A DNA stretch of 61,870 nt from the sequence record SRR22947727_1620; one strand, 5' to 3'. The position numbers and the translations under genes were made by a program. How positions within the stretch are numbered: the stretch's first letter is position 1; each line of letters starts with the position of its first letter. This document shows, one piece after another, positions 47,312-57,862 of the stretch. Under the pieces are notes generated by a model. The model did no database searches and was not told where the DNA came from. It saw only the letters and a list, made by a program, of their open reading frames with translations.

Positions 47312-49309
47312 TTATTTTGCTTCTCCTGCTAATTGGAGTGCTTTTATTTCATCCCTTAGTTTAGCTGCTTCCAAAAAATCTAGGTTTTTGGCTGCTTTTT
47401 CCATGGTTTTTCTTTTAGCTACAATCATTTTTGCCCTTTCTTCTGGAGTGAGGTAGTTTGGGTCAGGCTCTTGTGCCCTATGATTCGCTTTTTCAAAGTG
47501 ATAAGCAGACACTGAATTTTTTGTAAGCACGTTGTCTAGGCTTTTATTTAATGCTTTTGGCACGGTATTGTGTGCGGTATTATAGGCAATCTGTTTCTCC
47601 CTACGGTAGTTAGTTTCATCGATGGTTTTCTGCATGCTCTTGGTGGTTTTATCTGCATACATAATCGCTTTTCCATTCACATTTCTAGCCGCTCTTCCAA
47701 CGGTTTGTGTCAGGGAGCGGGCATTCCTTAAAAAACCTTCCTTGTCTGCATCTATAATGGCCACCAAAGAAACCTCAGGTAGGTCTAAACCTTCTCTGAG
47801 TAAATTTACGCCAATGAGTACATCAAAAATACCTTTTCTAAGGTCCTGCATTATTTCTACACGCTCTAGGGTGTCTACATCTGAATGAATATAACGGCAC
47901 CTCACTTGTATTTTAGTCAGGTATTTAGCCAATTCTTCCGCCATTCTTTTGGTGAGCGTGGTCACCAATGTACGCTCGTCTATAGCGACCCTATCTTGAA
48001 TCTCGGCCACTAAATCATCTATTTGGTTAGTAGAGGGACGTACTTCAATTACGGGATCTAATAGTCCAGTGGGTCGAATAATTTGTTCCACGACCACGCC
48101 CTGTGATTGTTCTAATTCATAATCTGCAGGAGTAGCGCTCACATAAAGAGCCTGAGGGGTGAGTATTTCGAATTCCTCAAATTTTAAAGGCCTATTGTCC
48201 ATAGCGGCAGGAAGCCTAAAACCATAGGTCACTAAGTTTTCTTTTCTTGAGCGGTCCCCACCAAACATGGCATGAACTTGCGGGATAGTTACATGACTCT
48301 CATCTACCACCATCAAAAAATCTTTTGGAAAGTAATCCAACAAACAGAAAGGCCTAGTTCCTGGCGCCCTTCCATCTAAATACCTGGAGTAATTTTCAAT
48401 GCCAGAACAATAGCCCAATTCACGGATCATTTCCAAGTCAAAAGTGGTTCTTTCTTCTAAGCGTTTTGCTTCTAGGTGTTTTCCTTCTGTTTTAAAAAAA
48501 TTAACTTGCTTCACCATATCTTCTTGAATGCTGTGAATGGCATTTTGAAGTATATCAGGCGAGCTCACAAACATATTGGCAGGAAAAATCCTGAGTTGCT
48601 CAAACGTTTCTAGGGTTTTATTGTGCAATGGGTCAAACGATTCTATTTCTTCAATTTCGTCTCCGAAAAAATGGACCCTGATCGCGTGATCTGTATAACT
48701 TGGAAACACGTCTACAACGTCTCCTTTTACCCTAAAACTTCCATTGACAAAGTCTGCTGTAGTTCTTGCATAAAGTGCTTGAACCAATTGTTTTAAAAAT
48801 GCGGTTCTAGAAATAATTTGATCTCGTTCTATCCGAACCACATTTTTTTCAAACTCTACTGGGTTTCCCATACCGTATAGACAAGAAACAGATGCAATTA
48901 CAAGCACGTCTTCCCTGCCAGAAAGTAAAGAGGAAGTAGTACTTAACCTAAGCTTTTCAATATCTTCATTAATTGACAGGTCTTTTTCTATATAAGTACC
49001 AGAAGTAGGAATATAAGCCTCTGGCTGATAGTAATCGTAGTAAGAAACAAAATACTCTACCGCATTATTTGGAAAGAATTGCTTGAATTCAGAGTACAAC
49101 TGTGCCGCGAGTGTCTTGTTATGCGCAAGTATTAAGGTAGGTTTTTGAACTTCTTGGATTACATTGGCAACAGTAAATGTCTTTCCAGAGCCAGTAACAC
49201 CTACCAATGTTTGTGAGGGGGTGTTGGCTTGAATACCACTGACAATTTGTGCAATGGCTTGTGGTTGGTCACCAGTAGGTTTAAAGGGAGATTCCAAAGA
49301 AAACTTCAT
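47312..49309 (-). CDS. uvrB: Excinuclease ABC subunit B
   Basis: PTGDQPQAI, GVTGSGKT, SYYDYYQPEAY, DESH, NLLREGLD, GRAARN, C-terminal UVR coil. Confidence 0.98.
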   Translation of the reverse strand: MKFSLESPFKPTGDQPQAIAQIVSGIQANTPSQTLVGVTGSGKTFTVANVIQEVQKPTLILAHNKTLAAQLYSEFKQFFPNNAVEYFVSYYDYYQPEAYIPTSGTYIEKDLSINEDIEKLRLSTTSSLLSGREDVLVIASVSCLYGMGNPVEFEKNVVRIERDQIISRTAFLKQLVQALYARTTADFVNGSFRVKGDVVDVFPSYTDHAIRVHFFGDEIEEIESFDPLHNKTLETFEQLRIFPANMFVSSPDILQNAIHSIQEDMVKQVNFFKTEGKHLEAKRLEERTTFDLEMIRELGYCSGIENYSRYLDGRAPGTRPFCLLDYFPKDFLMVVDESHVTIPQVHAMFGGDRSRKENLVTYGFRLPAAMDNRPLKFEEFEILTPQALYVSATPADYELEQSQGVVVEQIIRPTGLLDPVIEVRPSTNQIDDLVAEIQDRVAIDERTLVTTLTKRMAEELAKYLTKIQVRCRYIHSDVDTLERVEIMQDLRKGIFDVLIGVNLLREGLDLPEVSLVAIIDADKEGFLRNARSLTQTVGRAARNVNGKAIMYADKTTKSMQKTIDETNYRREKQIAYNTAHNTVPKALNKSLDNVLTKNSVSAYHFEKANHRAQEPDPNYLTPEERAKMIVAKRKTMEKAAKNLDFLEAAKLRDEIKALQLAGEAK

Positions 49310-49340
49310 GCCCAAAGGTACAAAAGCACGCTTATAAATA

Positions 49341-50174
49341 CTACAAATCTCTCTTCTTTAGAATGCGATACGATCCCCAAATAAAAATAGCAGTCCAAGC
49401 TAAAACGATTCCCATGTCTAAAAGAGAAGTGTTGTAATCTAGTGCAATTTCCTCTCCAATTTGATTCGCAACGGATTGCACTGCGCTCAGCCTAGAAAAG
49501 GGTTCTTTAAGCACGTTAAACATGGCATTTAAAGGGAAGAAGCCCATAATGGCGTCTGTAGTTTCTCCATCAAATAATTTCCAACGAATCATACCTCTGG
49601 TAAATCCTTCAAACATTTGCCAAAGGATTAAAAACCCTAGTGCAAATGCAGAGCGTTTTACCAGTATGCCTATAAAAAGACAGAACGAAAAGAATCCGAC
49701 GAGTTTAATGAAATAGGCCACTAGAAATCTCAGGTCTGTAAATACAATGCCCCATTCCGTATAATCAGAGTAAATACTTCCTAGTATAAGAGAAATTACC
49801 GCGACAAATACAGTAGAAACTATGGAGAATAAGACCACAGTTAAGAATTTCGAGGCTATAAACTCCTTTTTAGACAAGCCGTCTATAAGGTTTTGTTTTA
49901 TGGTCTTATAGGTGTATTCATTGGACATCATGGAGACAATAATAATGGCCAAAAATATTTTCAATAAGGCAGCAACAAAGGTGTTAAAATGCCAAATGTA
50001 AGGGAAGTTAAAAATACCTTGCTCTGCCAAATGAAATTTAATAGGACCAATATCAAACTTAATAGCCGCAATTAGCGCTATACCAGTTAGAAGTATAAAA
50101 TACCCATAAATAAGTGTTTTACTAGCCCTATTGTTCCAAAGCTTAATAAGTTCAATCTGTAATAATCTTTTCAT
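49341..50174 (-). CDS. ABC-2 type transporter permease
   Basis: Six hydrophobic helices, NEY..KTIKQNLIDG, C-terminal KKRDL; follows the ATPase gene. Confidence 0.88.
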   Translation of the reverse strand: MKRLLQIELIKLWNNRASKTLIYGYFILLTGIALIAAIKFDIGPIKFHLAEQGIFNFPYIWHFNTFVAALLKIFLAIIIVSMMSNEYTYKTIKQNLIDGLSKKEFIASKFLTVVLFSIVSTVFVAVISLILGSIYSDYTEWGIVFTDLRFLVAYFIKLVGFFSFCLFIGILVKRSAFALGFLILWQMFEGFTRGMIRWKLFDGETTDAIMGFFPLNAMFNVLKEPFSRLSAVQSVANQIGEEIALDYNTSLLDMGIVLAWTAIFIWGSYRILKKRDL

Positions 50175-50178
50175 GGGG

Positions 50179-51075
50179 CTATTTGTTATTGGTGAGTGCT
50201 AAAAATTGGGCTTCTAGACTGTCTTTTTGAATGGCCAAATGGCTTAATAGAAAGCCGTCTTCCATGAGTCTTTTGTTTAATTTATCTGCTGCTATTGGCT
50301 TTGTTAAGTAAGCCTTTATTAGACCATTTTCTAAAGAAATCTTTTCAAAATCTTCACTTTCCTCAAGATGTGCTTTTAAGGCATCGGCCTTGGCCGAATT
50401 TAATAAGACATAGCCGTGATTGGATTGCATTTCAGTTACGGGACCTGCATACAACTTTTCTCCTTTTCTTAAAACCACCACATGGGTACAGACTTTTTCC
50501 ACTTCATCCAATAGGTGAGAGGCCAATAAAATGGTGGTACCCTGAGAAGCAATTTTTTTAATAATTTCCCTGATTTGATGAATCCCTTGAGGGTCTAATC
50601 CATTGGTAGGTTCATCTAATATTAAAATTTCAGGATTGTTGAGAAGGGCAGACGCTATGGCCAAACGCTGCTTCATTCCTAGAGAGTAGCTCTGAAATTT
50701 AGAGTCCTTTCGATCTAATAAACCTACCAATTCTAGTTTCTCTGAAATAGTTTCTGAAGAGACCCCTTTAATTTTAGAGACCAGCTTTAGGTTTTCTACA
50801 GCGGTCATATAGGGATAAAAATTAGGTCTTTCAATAATGGCACCCACTTTTTTTAATGCCTGATGGGTACTAATTGTGCCTTCAAACCATTGAAAGCTTC
50901 CCTGTGTAGGATTAACCACATTGAGTACCATTCCTAGTGTGGTAGATTTACCACTGCCATTGGGTCCTAGAATTCCATATACATGTCCCTTTTCTATGGA
51001 GAAGCTCAATTTTTTTACAGCAAATAGACTCCCATAGGATTTGGTGAGTTGGTTAACAGTCAGTATAGTTTCCAA
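50179..51075 (-). CDS. ABC transporter ATP-binding protein
   Basis: GPNGSGKST, YSLGMKQR, LDEPTNGLDP, SHLL; TTG start. Confidence 0.94.
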   Translation of the reverse strand: METILTVNQLTKSYGSLFAVKKLSFSIEKGHVYGILGPNGSGKSTTLGMVLNVVNPTQGSFQWFEGTISTHQALKKVGAIIERPNFYPYMTAVENLKLVSKIKGVSSETISEKLELVGLLDRKDSKFQSYSLGMKQRLAIASALLNNPEILILDEPTNGLDPQGIHQIREIIKKIASQGTTILLASHLLDEVEKVCTHVVVLRKGEKLYAGPVTEMQSNHGYVLLNSAKADALKAHLEESEDFEKISLENGLIKAYLTKPIAADKLNKRLMEDGFLLSHLAIQKDSLEAQFLALTNNK

Positions 51076-51157
51076 GGGTTTTTTTTATTTAAAGGTTCTT
51101 ATTATACTTGACGAATTTATCCGTATTTTGTTACAAGAACAATTAAATTACGACTAC

Positions 51158-52237
51158 ATGTCAGAAAAGATGATGTCTAAGAAGAAACCTGCTTTTCCCG
51201 TTTCTCCTCAGTTAGATGCTTACCTTAGGCAATACAGTAGAAATATTGGGATTCCAATTTTTTATGAGGATTTATTGCGTTTTCAAGGCTCAGTGGTGGT
51301 TTACGACAGCAATGATGAGGACACGTTGTGGGTGAGGGTTTTTTATTCTGAATATGACAGGGAAGAGATTGATCTTAGTCTAAAACAGGTCTACTCCATA
51401 CTTCATTCAGATGGGGGAGATACCATTATTCCCTTCTTAAATGTAGACGCGGTGGACTATTGTACTTTTGGTAATTCTAAGCCATTTAGAATTAAAGTCA
51501 GGAATATTCTCAATGACAACTTCACTTATTTTTATGTAAAAAAAACAGATGCCTCTAGGGTTTATGGATTAGAATTAGAACATATTTTGTCTCCGTACAA
51601 TCTAAATTTTCTTGTTTATAAGGACACCCTTATTGAGGAACATATTGCAGGTATTCCAGGAGATGTTTTTATTAAGGAAATGCTTCCCGATTGTACAGAC
51701 TCTGAGAAATCTCAATTGGCTAAAGAATTTGTAAAATTTAATGAACGGTGTATGATTAGACTCTTGGGAGATATGAGGTCATATAACTATGTGATTGTCC
51801 CTACCCATGATTTTGATCATGTGGTTTATAAAATACGTGCTATAGATTTTGACCAGCAATCTTTTGAAGGGAACCTAAAGATATATAGGCCCCAATTTTT
51901 TAAGGAAAACAATAAAATGGTGGCATTGGTAAAGGAAAAACTTCAAGCCAATTCAATTGATCAGTACAAACTAGAAGAGCGCTCTATAGTAGCCAAAAGG
52001 TTTATGAGTTTTGAAGATAGAATCACAGATCTACTCAATATTGCGAAACAGGACACCATTTCTCTTCCAGAGCATGTAAGTTTATTGAAAGAATCCATTT
52101 TTTCACTCACCCAAGATATAGCGTTTAAGGAAGCCCCCAATATGGGGACTGTATTAGATTTGGCCTTACATTTTGTGAAGCGAAATTATGAAAATGTAAG
52201 CATGCGCCAGATCTTGGAGCAGCGTATTAAGTTGTAA
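51158..52237 (+). CDS. Hypothetical protein with atypical-kinase (HipA/PI3K-like) motifs
   Basis: Long non-overlapping ORF; NSKPFRI, YVKK, LLGDMRSYNY, AIDFDQ. The CDS is secure; the kinase call is inference. Confidence 0.7.
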   Translation: MSEKMMSKKKPAFPVSPQLDAYLRQYSRNIGIPIFYEDLLRFQGSVVVYDSNDEDTLWVRVFYSEYDREEIDLSLKQVYSILHSDGGDTIIPFLNVDAVDYCTFGNSKPFRIKVRNILNDNFTYFYVKKTDASRVYGLELEHILSPYNLNFLVYKDTLIEEHIAGIPGDVFIKEMLPDCTDSEKSQLAKEFVKFNERCMIRLLGDMRSYNYVIVPTHDFDHVVYKIRAIDFDQQSFEGNLKIYRPQFFKENNKMVALVKEKLQANSIDQYKLEERSIVAKRFMSFEDRITDLLNIAKQDTISLPEHVSLLKESIFSLTQDIAFKEAPNMGTVLDLALHFVKRNYENVSMRQILEQRIKL

Positions 52238-52249
52238 AAAAATAATATT

Positions 52250-53311
52250 TTAAGACCCTTTTTGTTCCTTGTTAAAATACACTAGGTAGTAGAACATCCC
52301 TTTTTCCTCATCCCAACCTTTTTCTACAAATTTTTCTGCAGATTCAGGATTAATAAAGTCTAGCTTAATCTGAATATGGGTATCTAATTGTATCACATTT
52401 TTAATGCTTTTTCGTGCTTGAGAAACGGCTTTGTTGGCAATGTCAAAAGAAGAGACATCTTCAATGCTGTATTTAGGTCCTTTTTCTACTTTATAGTGTT
52501 TAAATTCGGGTATTAGTGCCGGATTGTCTATGACTTCATTCATAAAGTTGGTCTCTTCAAATGCATTGTTTTTAGCAAAATGATTGACCGCCCTATTCAT
52601 AAAAAGTACTTCTTGTTGTTTGTCTTCTGCTGGGAGTACTACATCCTTAGCAAAATTCTGACAAAACTTAAGGTAGTTTTTGGTGTAAAAATTATTGTCT
52701 GTTAGTACCGCAACACCAAGAAATTGCTCCAACCAGTATTTGGTGTCATACCTATTACTGTCTACAGAAAGCACTTTATAGCCTGCCTCTGAATCTGTAT
52801 TAAAAATGAGACAGCCTTTGTCTAGTTTGTGAATGTTTATGCCTTGTTGTACTAAAATTTCAAGATGATCTGTCTGTTCTTCAAATTGAATAAAGTCTTG
52901 TTTTAGTTCACTTTTAAAGATTCCAATAGCATCTGTTTTTACATTGTCTAATTGAAGTCCTGTGAGGTAAGTTACGTACAATTCTCCGCTTTTAATATGA
53001 GGGTGATTGGATTGGTCATAGAGGTGCTTGGCAATGTCTCCAGATAATTCGTGTATGTTACGTGGTTCATTGAATATTTTAGTAGCTGCTTCATAAAGGG
53101 GATTGAAACTCAAATCTGCTTCATGGAACAACCTGTAATAGCTTTCTTCCTTTTCTCTAAAAGGCTTAAAAAAATATTCTTTTAAAAGCCCTGTGGTTTC
53201 ATAGTTTAAGTGGTGTGGCGCTTTAGATATGAACAAAGATTCTGCTTTATTTTTATTACCAACTTTATGGATGGAAAGGCTTTCAATTTGAGTATTATAT
53301 AGGTTGATCAT
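52250..53311 (-). CDS. Nucleoid-associated protein (YejK/NA37-like)
   Basis: IHKVGNK, HPHIKSGELYV, IGIFKSE, KLDKGCLIFN, YWLEQFL. Confidence 0.8.
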   Translation of the reverse strand: MINLYNTQIESLSIHKVGNKNKAESLFISKAPHHLNYETTGLLKEYFFKPFREKEESYYRLFHEADLSFNPLYEAATKIFNEPRNIHELSGDIAKHLYDQSNHPHIKSGELYVTYLTGLQLDNVKTDAIGIFKSELKQDFIQFEEQTDHLEILVQQGINIHKLDKGCLIFNTDSEAGYKVLSVDSNRYDTKYWLEQFLGVAVLTDNNFYTKNYLKFCQNFAKDVVLPAEDKQQEVLFMNRAVNHFAKNNAFEETNFMNEVIDNPALIPEFKHYKVEKGPKYSIEDVSSFDIANKAVSQARKSIKNVIQLDTHIQIKLDFINPESAEKFVEKGWDEEKGMFYYLVYFNKEQKGS

Positions 53312-53356
53312 AGGTTTTTTAATATGCTTTTATTAATCATTAGGTCAGTTGGATGG

Positions 53357-53890
53357 TTAATTCCAGTTTTCGTCAAAATCTAAATGATCGTAATTGTCTC
53401 CACCATTGTAGCCATCATTAAATTCGTCGTCAAATCCTTCTTCGTCATAATCCATGGCGTCTTCTTTTTTAGCCTCGAAGATTTTTTCTGGAGGATTTTC
53501 GGGTAATTCTCCAAAACTAAAAAGCAATTCAGGAAGGGTTTGACCTGATTCTTTTTCAGTTACGTCTGCCAATTCCACAAAAAAGGTCCACATATTAAAA
53601 AAGTCGTATACGTAAATTAGTTTAGGGGAAGCTTCATCCATCACTTCTTCTACTAAAGTATCCGACATAAGTTTAGCGTCTGACACATCACTAAGATCAA
53701 ATAAGGCTATTTCAAGGTCTTGGTTCCATTCCTCGTCACAGGTGTAAAAACTGGCCATTTCATTTCCTGCAAAACCAAAAGACTGGCTAACAGTGTTGTG
53801 TAAATCTTCTAAAGTAGCTTTTTTGTCAATAGCCAAATCTCTGAAAATATCTTCTTTTGCGTCTAAAATGACCCTTATTTTATACACCAT
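53357..53890 (-). CDS. pRiA4b ORF-3-like / IS1096-passenger TnpR family protein
   Basis: YKIRVILD, IFRDLAI, TLEDLH, FGFAG, YVYDFFNMW; acidic tail. Confidence 0.75.
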   Translation of the reverse strand: MVYKIRVILDAKEDIFRDLAIDKKATLEDLHNTVSQSFGFAGNEMASFYTCDEEWNQDLEIALFDLSDVSDAKLMSDTLVEEVMDEASPKLIYVYDFFNMWTFFVELADVTEKESGQTLPELLFSFGELPENPPEKIFEAKKEDAMDYDEEGFDDEFNDGYNGGDNYDHLDFDENWN

Positions 53891-53899
53891 ATTATATTG

Positions 53900-54931
53900 T
53901 TATTTAGTCTTTGAAATATTGTTTTTGGCTTTTCTGCTTTGCAGAAAAATATAGAAAATTTGACCAAATAGTATGGCCGCAATCACTAAATGAATGGGTT
54001 GTGTCCCCAGAGGAAAGTCAATATAGTACATAGCCATTCCACTAAAGGCAGCTATGATCATTCCTGCTAAAAGAGGCTTTGTTGAAGCAAAGCCAAGTTC
54101 GTTTCGTTTATTAATCCAAAATAAATACACTGCAATTCCCAGTGGAAGGATAGAGAAGGAACGGTGCACGTAAAAAATTATACTGGGGTTTAAAAGCCAA
54201 TTGTCTTTAGTTAGACCAAGATCTAATTGGTGGTCTACAAATTCTCTTACCTGGGTGCCAAAGACAATTTGCAAAAGGAATATGAATAGTAAGTATGAAA
54301 TGGCTTTATGGAAGTTAGCCATGTATTTTGTGCGCTCAATACGCGGGTTGGCTTTTTGAATGATTAAAATAAGCGCAGCTACAATGGCCAATGCCATGAG
54401 CATATGAGTGGTTATCTTCACTGGAGCTAGTACAGAATAGACAACAGTCGCACCCAACCATGCTTGAAATCCCATCCCCAATACCACCCCAAAAGACAAA
54501 AGGCTTATTAATTTTTTCTCTTTCCAATAACGCAGGCTTAAAAAAGCCAATATTAGGGTGGCCAAGCCTGCTATTGCACCCACAAGCCTATTTAAAAACT
54601 CTACCCAAGTATGGTAGGGATTAAATACGGCATAATCGTGTTTGGTATAAGTTTCCCAAGCCTCTAAATCTATAGCAGCTCCTGTCTTAAAGTCTTGTTT
54701 TGCCACTAGAAGTCCTTCATTGTAAATAATGACTTGTCCTTTTTCAAAATCTCTTTCTGGAGTCCATTGCAGGGTTTCCGCAGCAGTAGGAGGAATATAA
54801 TATCCAAAACACTTAGGCCAGTCTGGACAACCCATACCACTACCAGTCATTCTAACCAAAGCGCCAGCAACTATGACTAAGTACACTAAGATTAAACTCC
54901 ATTTGGCAAAACGGTGAAAAGATTTTTTCAT
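53900..54931 (-). CDS. ctaA: Heme A synthase (COX15/CtaA)
   Basis: GALVRMTGSGMGCPDWPKC, WVEF.NRL, several transmembrane His residues. Confidence 0.9.
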   Translation of the reverse strand: MKKSFHRFAKWSLILVYLVIVAGALVRMTGSGMGCPDWPKCFGYYIPPTAAETLQWTPERDFEKGQVIIYNEGLLVAKQDFKTGAAIDLEAWETYTKHDYAVFNPYHTWVEFLNRLVGAIAGLATLILAFLSLRYWKEKKLISLLSFGVVLGMGFQAWLGATVVYSVLAPVKITTHMLMALAIVAALILIIQKANPRIERTKYMANFHKAISYLLFIFLLQIVFGTQVREFVDHQLDLGLTKDNWLLNPSIIFYVHRSFSILPLGIAVYLFWINKRNELGFASTKPLLAGMIIAAFSGMAMYYIDFPLGTQPIHLVIAAILFGQIFYIFLQSRKAKNNISKTK

Positions 54932-54937
54932 GTTAGT

Positions 54938-56365
54938 TTAAGTGTTTTTTGTGAGTCCCAGTTGTTTTCCTTTGGTTAGCATAAATACATAAGCGGCCTC
55001 GTATTCATTGGGTATTTCTCCCTCTAAAATAGCTTCTTTAATAGCCTCTTTAATAACGCCAATTTCTTTGGATGGTTTTAAGCCAAAAGTATTCATAATT
55101 TCTTCACCACTCACCGGTGGTTGAAAATTACGCACGTGGTCTCTGGCTTCTACCTCTTCAATTTTTTGACGGACTATTTTGAAATTGTTTTTATACTTTT
55201 TCTTTTTGTACGGATTCTTTGTGGTAATATCTGCTTCACAAAGGGTCATGAGGTCTTCTACATGTTCTCCTGCATCAAAGACCAGCCTTCTCACAGCTGC
55301 ATCTGTCACAAAATCTTCTGCCAAAACTATGGGTCTGGAACTCATGAGCACCATTTTCTGAACGTATTTCATTTTGTCGTTCAAAGGCATATGCAAGCGT
55401 TTGAATAATTTATAGACCATTTTTGATCCTATAAATTCGTGACCATGAAAGGTCCATCCAATTTTTTTGTCGAATCTCTTTGTGGGTGCTTTTCCAATAT
55501 CGTGTAAAAGGGCAGCCCACCTGAGCCAAACATTTTCAGTGTTTTTTGAAATATTATCTACTACCTCCAGCGTATGCCAGAAGTTGTCTTTATGCTTTTG
55601 ACCTTCTACTTCTTCAATGCCTTCTAAAGCAGAGAGCTCAGGTAAAATTAAAGGGAGTAAACCTGTTTTGTGCATGAGCTCAAATCCTAGTATAGGCATA
55701 GGACTGGACATCATTTTATTAATTTCATCTACAATTCTCTCTTTAGAAATAATTGAGATTCTATCCCTTTGAACTGTAATGGCCTCTAGTGCTTCTGCGT
55801 CAATTGTGAAATTTAATTGACTGGCAAAACGTATGGCTCTAAGCATTCTAAGAGGGTCATCACTAAAAGTGATTCCTGGCGAAAGAGGGGTTACAATACG
55901 TTTGTTTTTAAGCGCATCTAAACCGTTAAAAGGATCCACGAGAACCCCGTAGTTGTCTTTATTAAGGCCAATGGCTAATGCATTTATTGTAAAATCTCTT
56001 CTGTTTTGATCATCTTCTAGGCTGCCATTTTCTACTACAGGATTTCTACTGTCGTGGGTATAGCTTTCTTTTCTTGCGCCAACAAATTCAAGTACCAAGT
56101 CTTGGTACTTAAGCATAGCAGTGCCGTAATTCTTAAATACGGTAACTTCGGGAGAATTGGGTAATGCTTCAGAGAGCTTTTTTGCCAAAGAAATTCCACT
56201 TCCAAGAACAACTACATCAATGTCTTTAGGGCTCCCTCTTTCTAGTAAATAGTCTCTCACAAAACCACCAATCACATAGGCTTCACACCCTAACGCTTCT
56301 GCACAATCAGACAATGTGTTAAAAATCGGATGCGTTAAAGCTTCTAAATGCCTTTCTTGAGTCAT
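54938..56365 (-). CDS. cca: CCA-adding tRNA nucleotidyltransferase with HD domain
   Basis: [33 protein letters not shown]. Confidence 0.9.
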   Translation of the reverse strand: MTQERHLEALTHPIFNTLSDCAEALGCEAYVIGGFVRDYLLERGSPKDIDVVVLGSGISLAKKLSEALPNSPEVTVFKNYGTAMLKYQDLVLEFVGARKESYTHDSRNPVVENGSLEDDQNRRDFTINALAIGLNKDNYGVLVDPFNGLDALKNKRIVTPLSPGITFSDDPLRMLRAIRFASQLNFTIDAEALEAITVQRDRISIISKERIVDEINKMMSSPMPILGFELMHKTGLLPLILPELSALEGIEEVEGQKHKDNFWHTLEVVDNISKNTENVWLRWAALLHDIGKAPTKRFDKKIGWTFHGHEFIGSKMVYKLFKRLHMPLNDKMKYVQKMVLMSSRPIVLAEDFVTDAAVRRLVFDAGEHVEDLMTLCEADITTKNPYKKKKYKNNFKIVRQKIEEVEARDHVRNFQPPVSGEEIMNTFGLKPSKEIGVIKEAIKEAILEGEIPNEYEAAYVFMLTKGKQLGLTKNT

Positions 56366-56367
56366 AT

Positions 56368-56934
56368 TTAAGGTCTAATCACCTTGACCAAACCGCTGTT
56401 AGACAGCTTAATAATGGTAGAGGGAGTATTGTTGTGAATTTCAGGCTCCAAAGGTACTATATAGTCTACACCTTTTAAAATCTCTTGACTGATTTCTTGG
56501 AAATTTTTAGGGGTAGGTTGTCCGGCCAAATTGGCCGATGTAGAGACCAAAGGGCCTTTTATATTTTGAGATAAATAACTGCAAAACTTGTCCTTAGCGA
56601 CCCTAATGCCTAAACTGTTGTCTGGCCCGATTAAATTTTTTGCAACCCCAATTGGCTGATCAAAAATGATGGTCGTTGGTTTCTCACTCAAATCTATAAT
56701 ATCATAGGCAGCTTCAGGAACTTGGGCTATGTGTCTTTCAAGCATGGCTACATTAGCCACCAAACACAACATAGATTTGGTGTCGGCTCTTTTTTTGAGT
56801 GCAAATACTTTCTCTACTGCTGCTTTATTTTTAGCATCACAGCCAATACCCCATACTGTATCTGTAGGATATAAAATTACACCACCCTGTTTAAGTATTT
56901 CTGCAGATTTTTTTAAAGCTTCTTGAAAACTCAT
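56368..56934 (-). CDS. tsaC: L-threonylcarbamoyladenylate synthase (YrdC/Sua5 family)
   Basis: [26 protein letters not shown]. Confidence 0.9.
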   Translation of the reverse strand: MSFQEALKKSAEILKQGGVILYPTDTVWGIGCDAKNKAAVEKVFALKKRADTKSMLCLVANVAMLERHIAQVPEAAYDIIDLSEKPTTIIFDQPIGVAKNLIGPDNSLGIRVAKDKFCSYLSQNIKGPLVSTSANLAGQPTPKNFQEISQEILKGVDYIVPLEPEIHNNTPSTIIKLSNSGLVKVIRP

Positions 56935-56945
56935 AAAGTTTGGGA

Positions 56946-57764
56946 TTAGTTTGTTTTAAAGTTAAAATAGTTCACCAATGCTTGCCATTGCACCCTGTTT
57001 TTGTCTGCACCAATATTTGTCTTCTTAAGCGCAATGCGTTGAGAACCAATAATTGGAATGGGTGTACGGCTTTTGTTTGTTGGAGTAATGGTGGGGGTTT
57101 TATTTAAAATAGCCATGGCTTTAAACCATAGATCGTCTGCTCTAGGCGCCAATTCCATAAAAAGTACTGTGTCGTTTACTTGTTTATTTAAAGCTTTAGC
57201 AGGATACCAAACGCCCCCAGCCCCAATAGCAATAATCGCCATAGGATCTTTTTCTGTTGAAGGGTAGGTCCATTGCTTGTAGGGTTTTACAGCGCCATTT
57301 TCTTGGTATCTTATATATCGGGTTTGATTGGCAATGATTTTATGGGGATGTTTTTGGGCATGTACTGATAATTTTTCCAACCAATCTTTTGGATACAATA
57401 GGTCGTCGTCACAAGTGACAATTGGTGATTCTGGGAATGCCTTTAAAGAATGAATTAATTTTCTATGGGAGGAATGTCCTTCTGTTGGCCGTATTTCAAA
57501 AATAGCAGAGCGAAGTTTGTTGAGCTTATTGGGGAGTTTTTTTTCTAAATCTTTATGCACCCAAAGCACTATTTTTGTGGGTCTTACTGTTTGTTTTAAT
57601 AAGCTTCTAATCACTAGATGTATGCTGTGTACCCTAGAAGGAATAGTCGTGAGAGATACCACCACATCTACACACTTTTTATCCATACAGGTCAGACTTC
57701 GCTTTGGCTGTAAGGCCAAATAACAAGATTGGTAGATAGATAGGGGTAATTCTTTTAATTTCAT
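56946..57764 (-). CDS. Glycosyltransferase, GT-A fold
   Basis: VSLTTIPSR, VTCDDDLLYP (DxD), ADDLWF. Confidence 0.8.
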   Translation of the reverse strand: MKLKELPLSIYQSCYLALQPKRSLTCMDKKCVDVVVSLTTIPSRVHSIHLVIRSLLKQTVRPTKIVLWVHKDLEKKLPNKLNKLRSAIFEIRPTEGHSSHRKLIHSLKAFPESPIVTCDDDLLYPKDWLEKLSVHAQKHPHKIIANQTRYIRYQENGAVKPYKQWTYPSTEKDPMAIIAIGAGGVWYPAKALNKQVNDTVLFMELAPRADDLWFKAMAILNKTPTITPTNKSRTPIPIIGSQRIALKKTNIGADKNRVQWQALVNYFNFKTN

Positions 57765-57862
57765 TAAATAGTGATGTTTTAGGAGGGTGAAATCACTTTG
57801 AGAGGGTAAAAATAACCATATGCCCTCAGAGTTTTATATTTTTGGTCTTTAAATTGTAATTC

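Noticed and set aside
53357-53890. Insertion sequence implied by the IS1096-passenger family name
   Set aside because: No transposase, terminal inverted repeats or target duplication; the gene is embedded in a housekeeping run.
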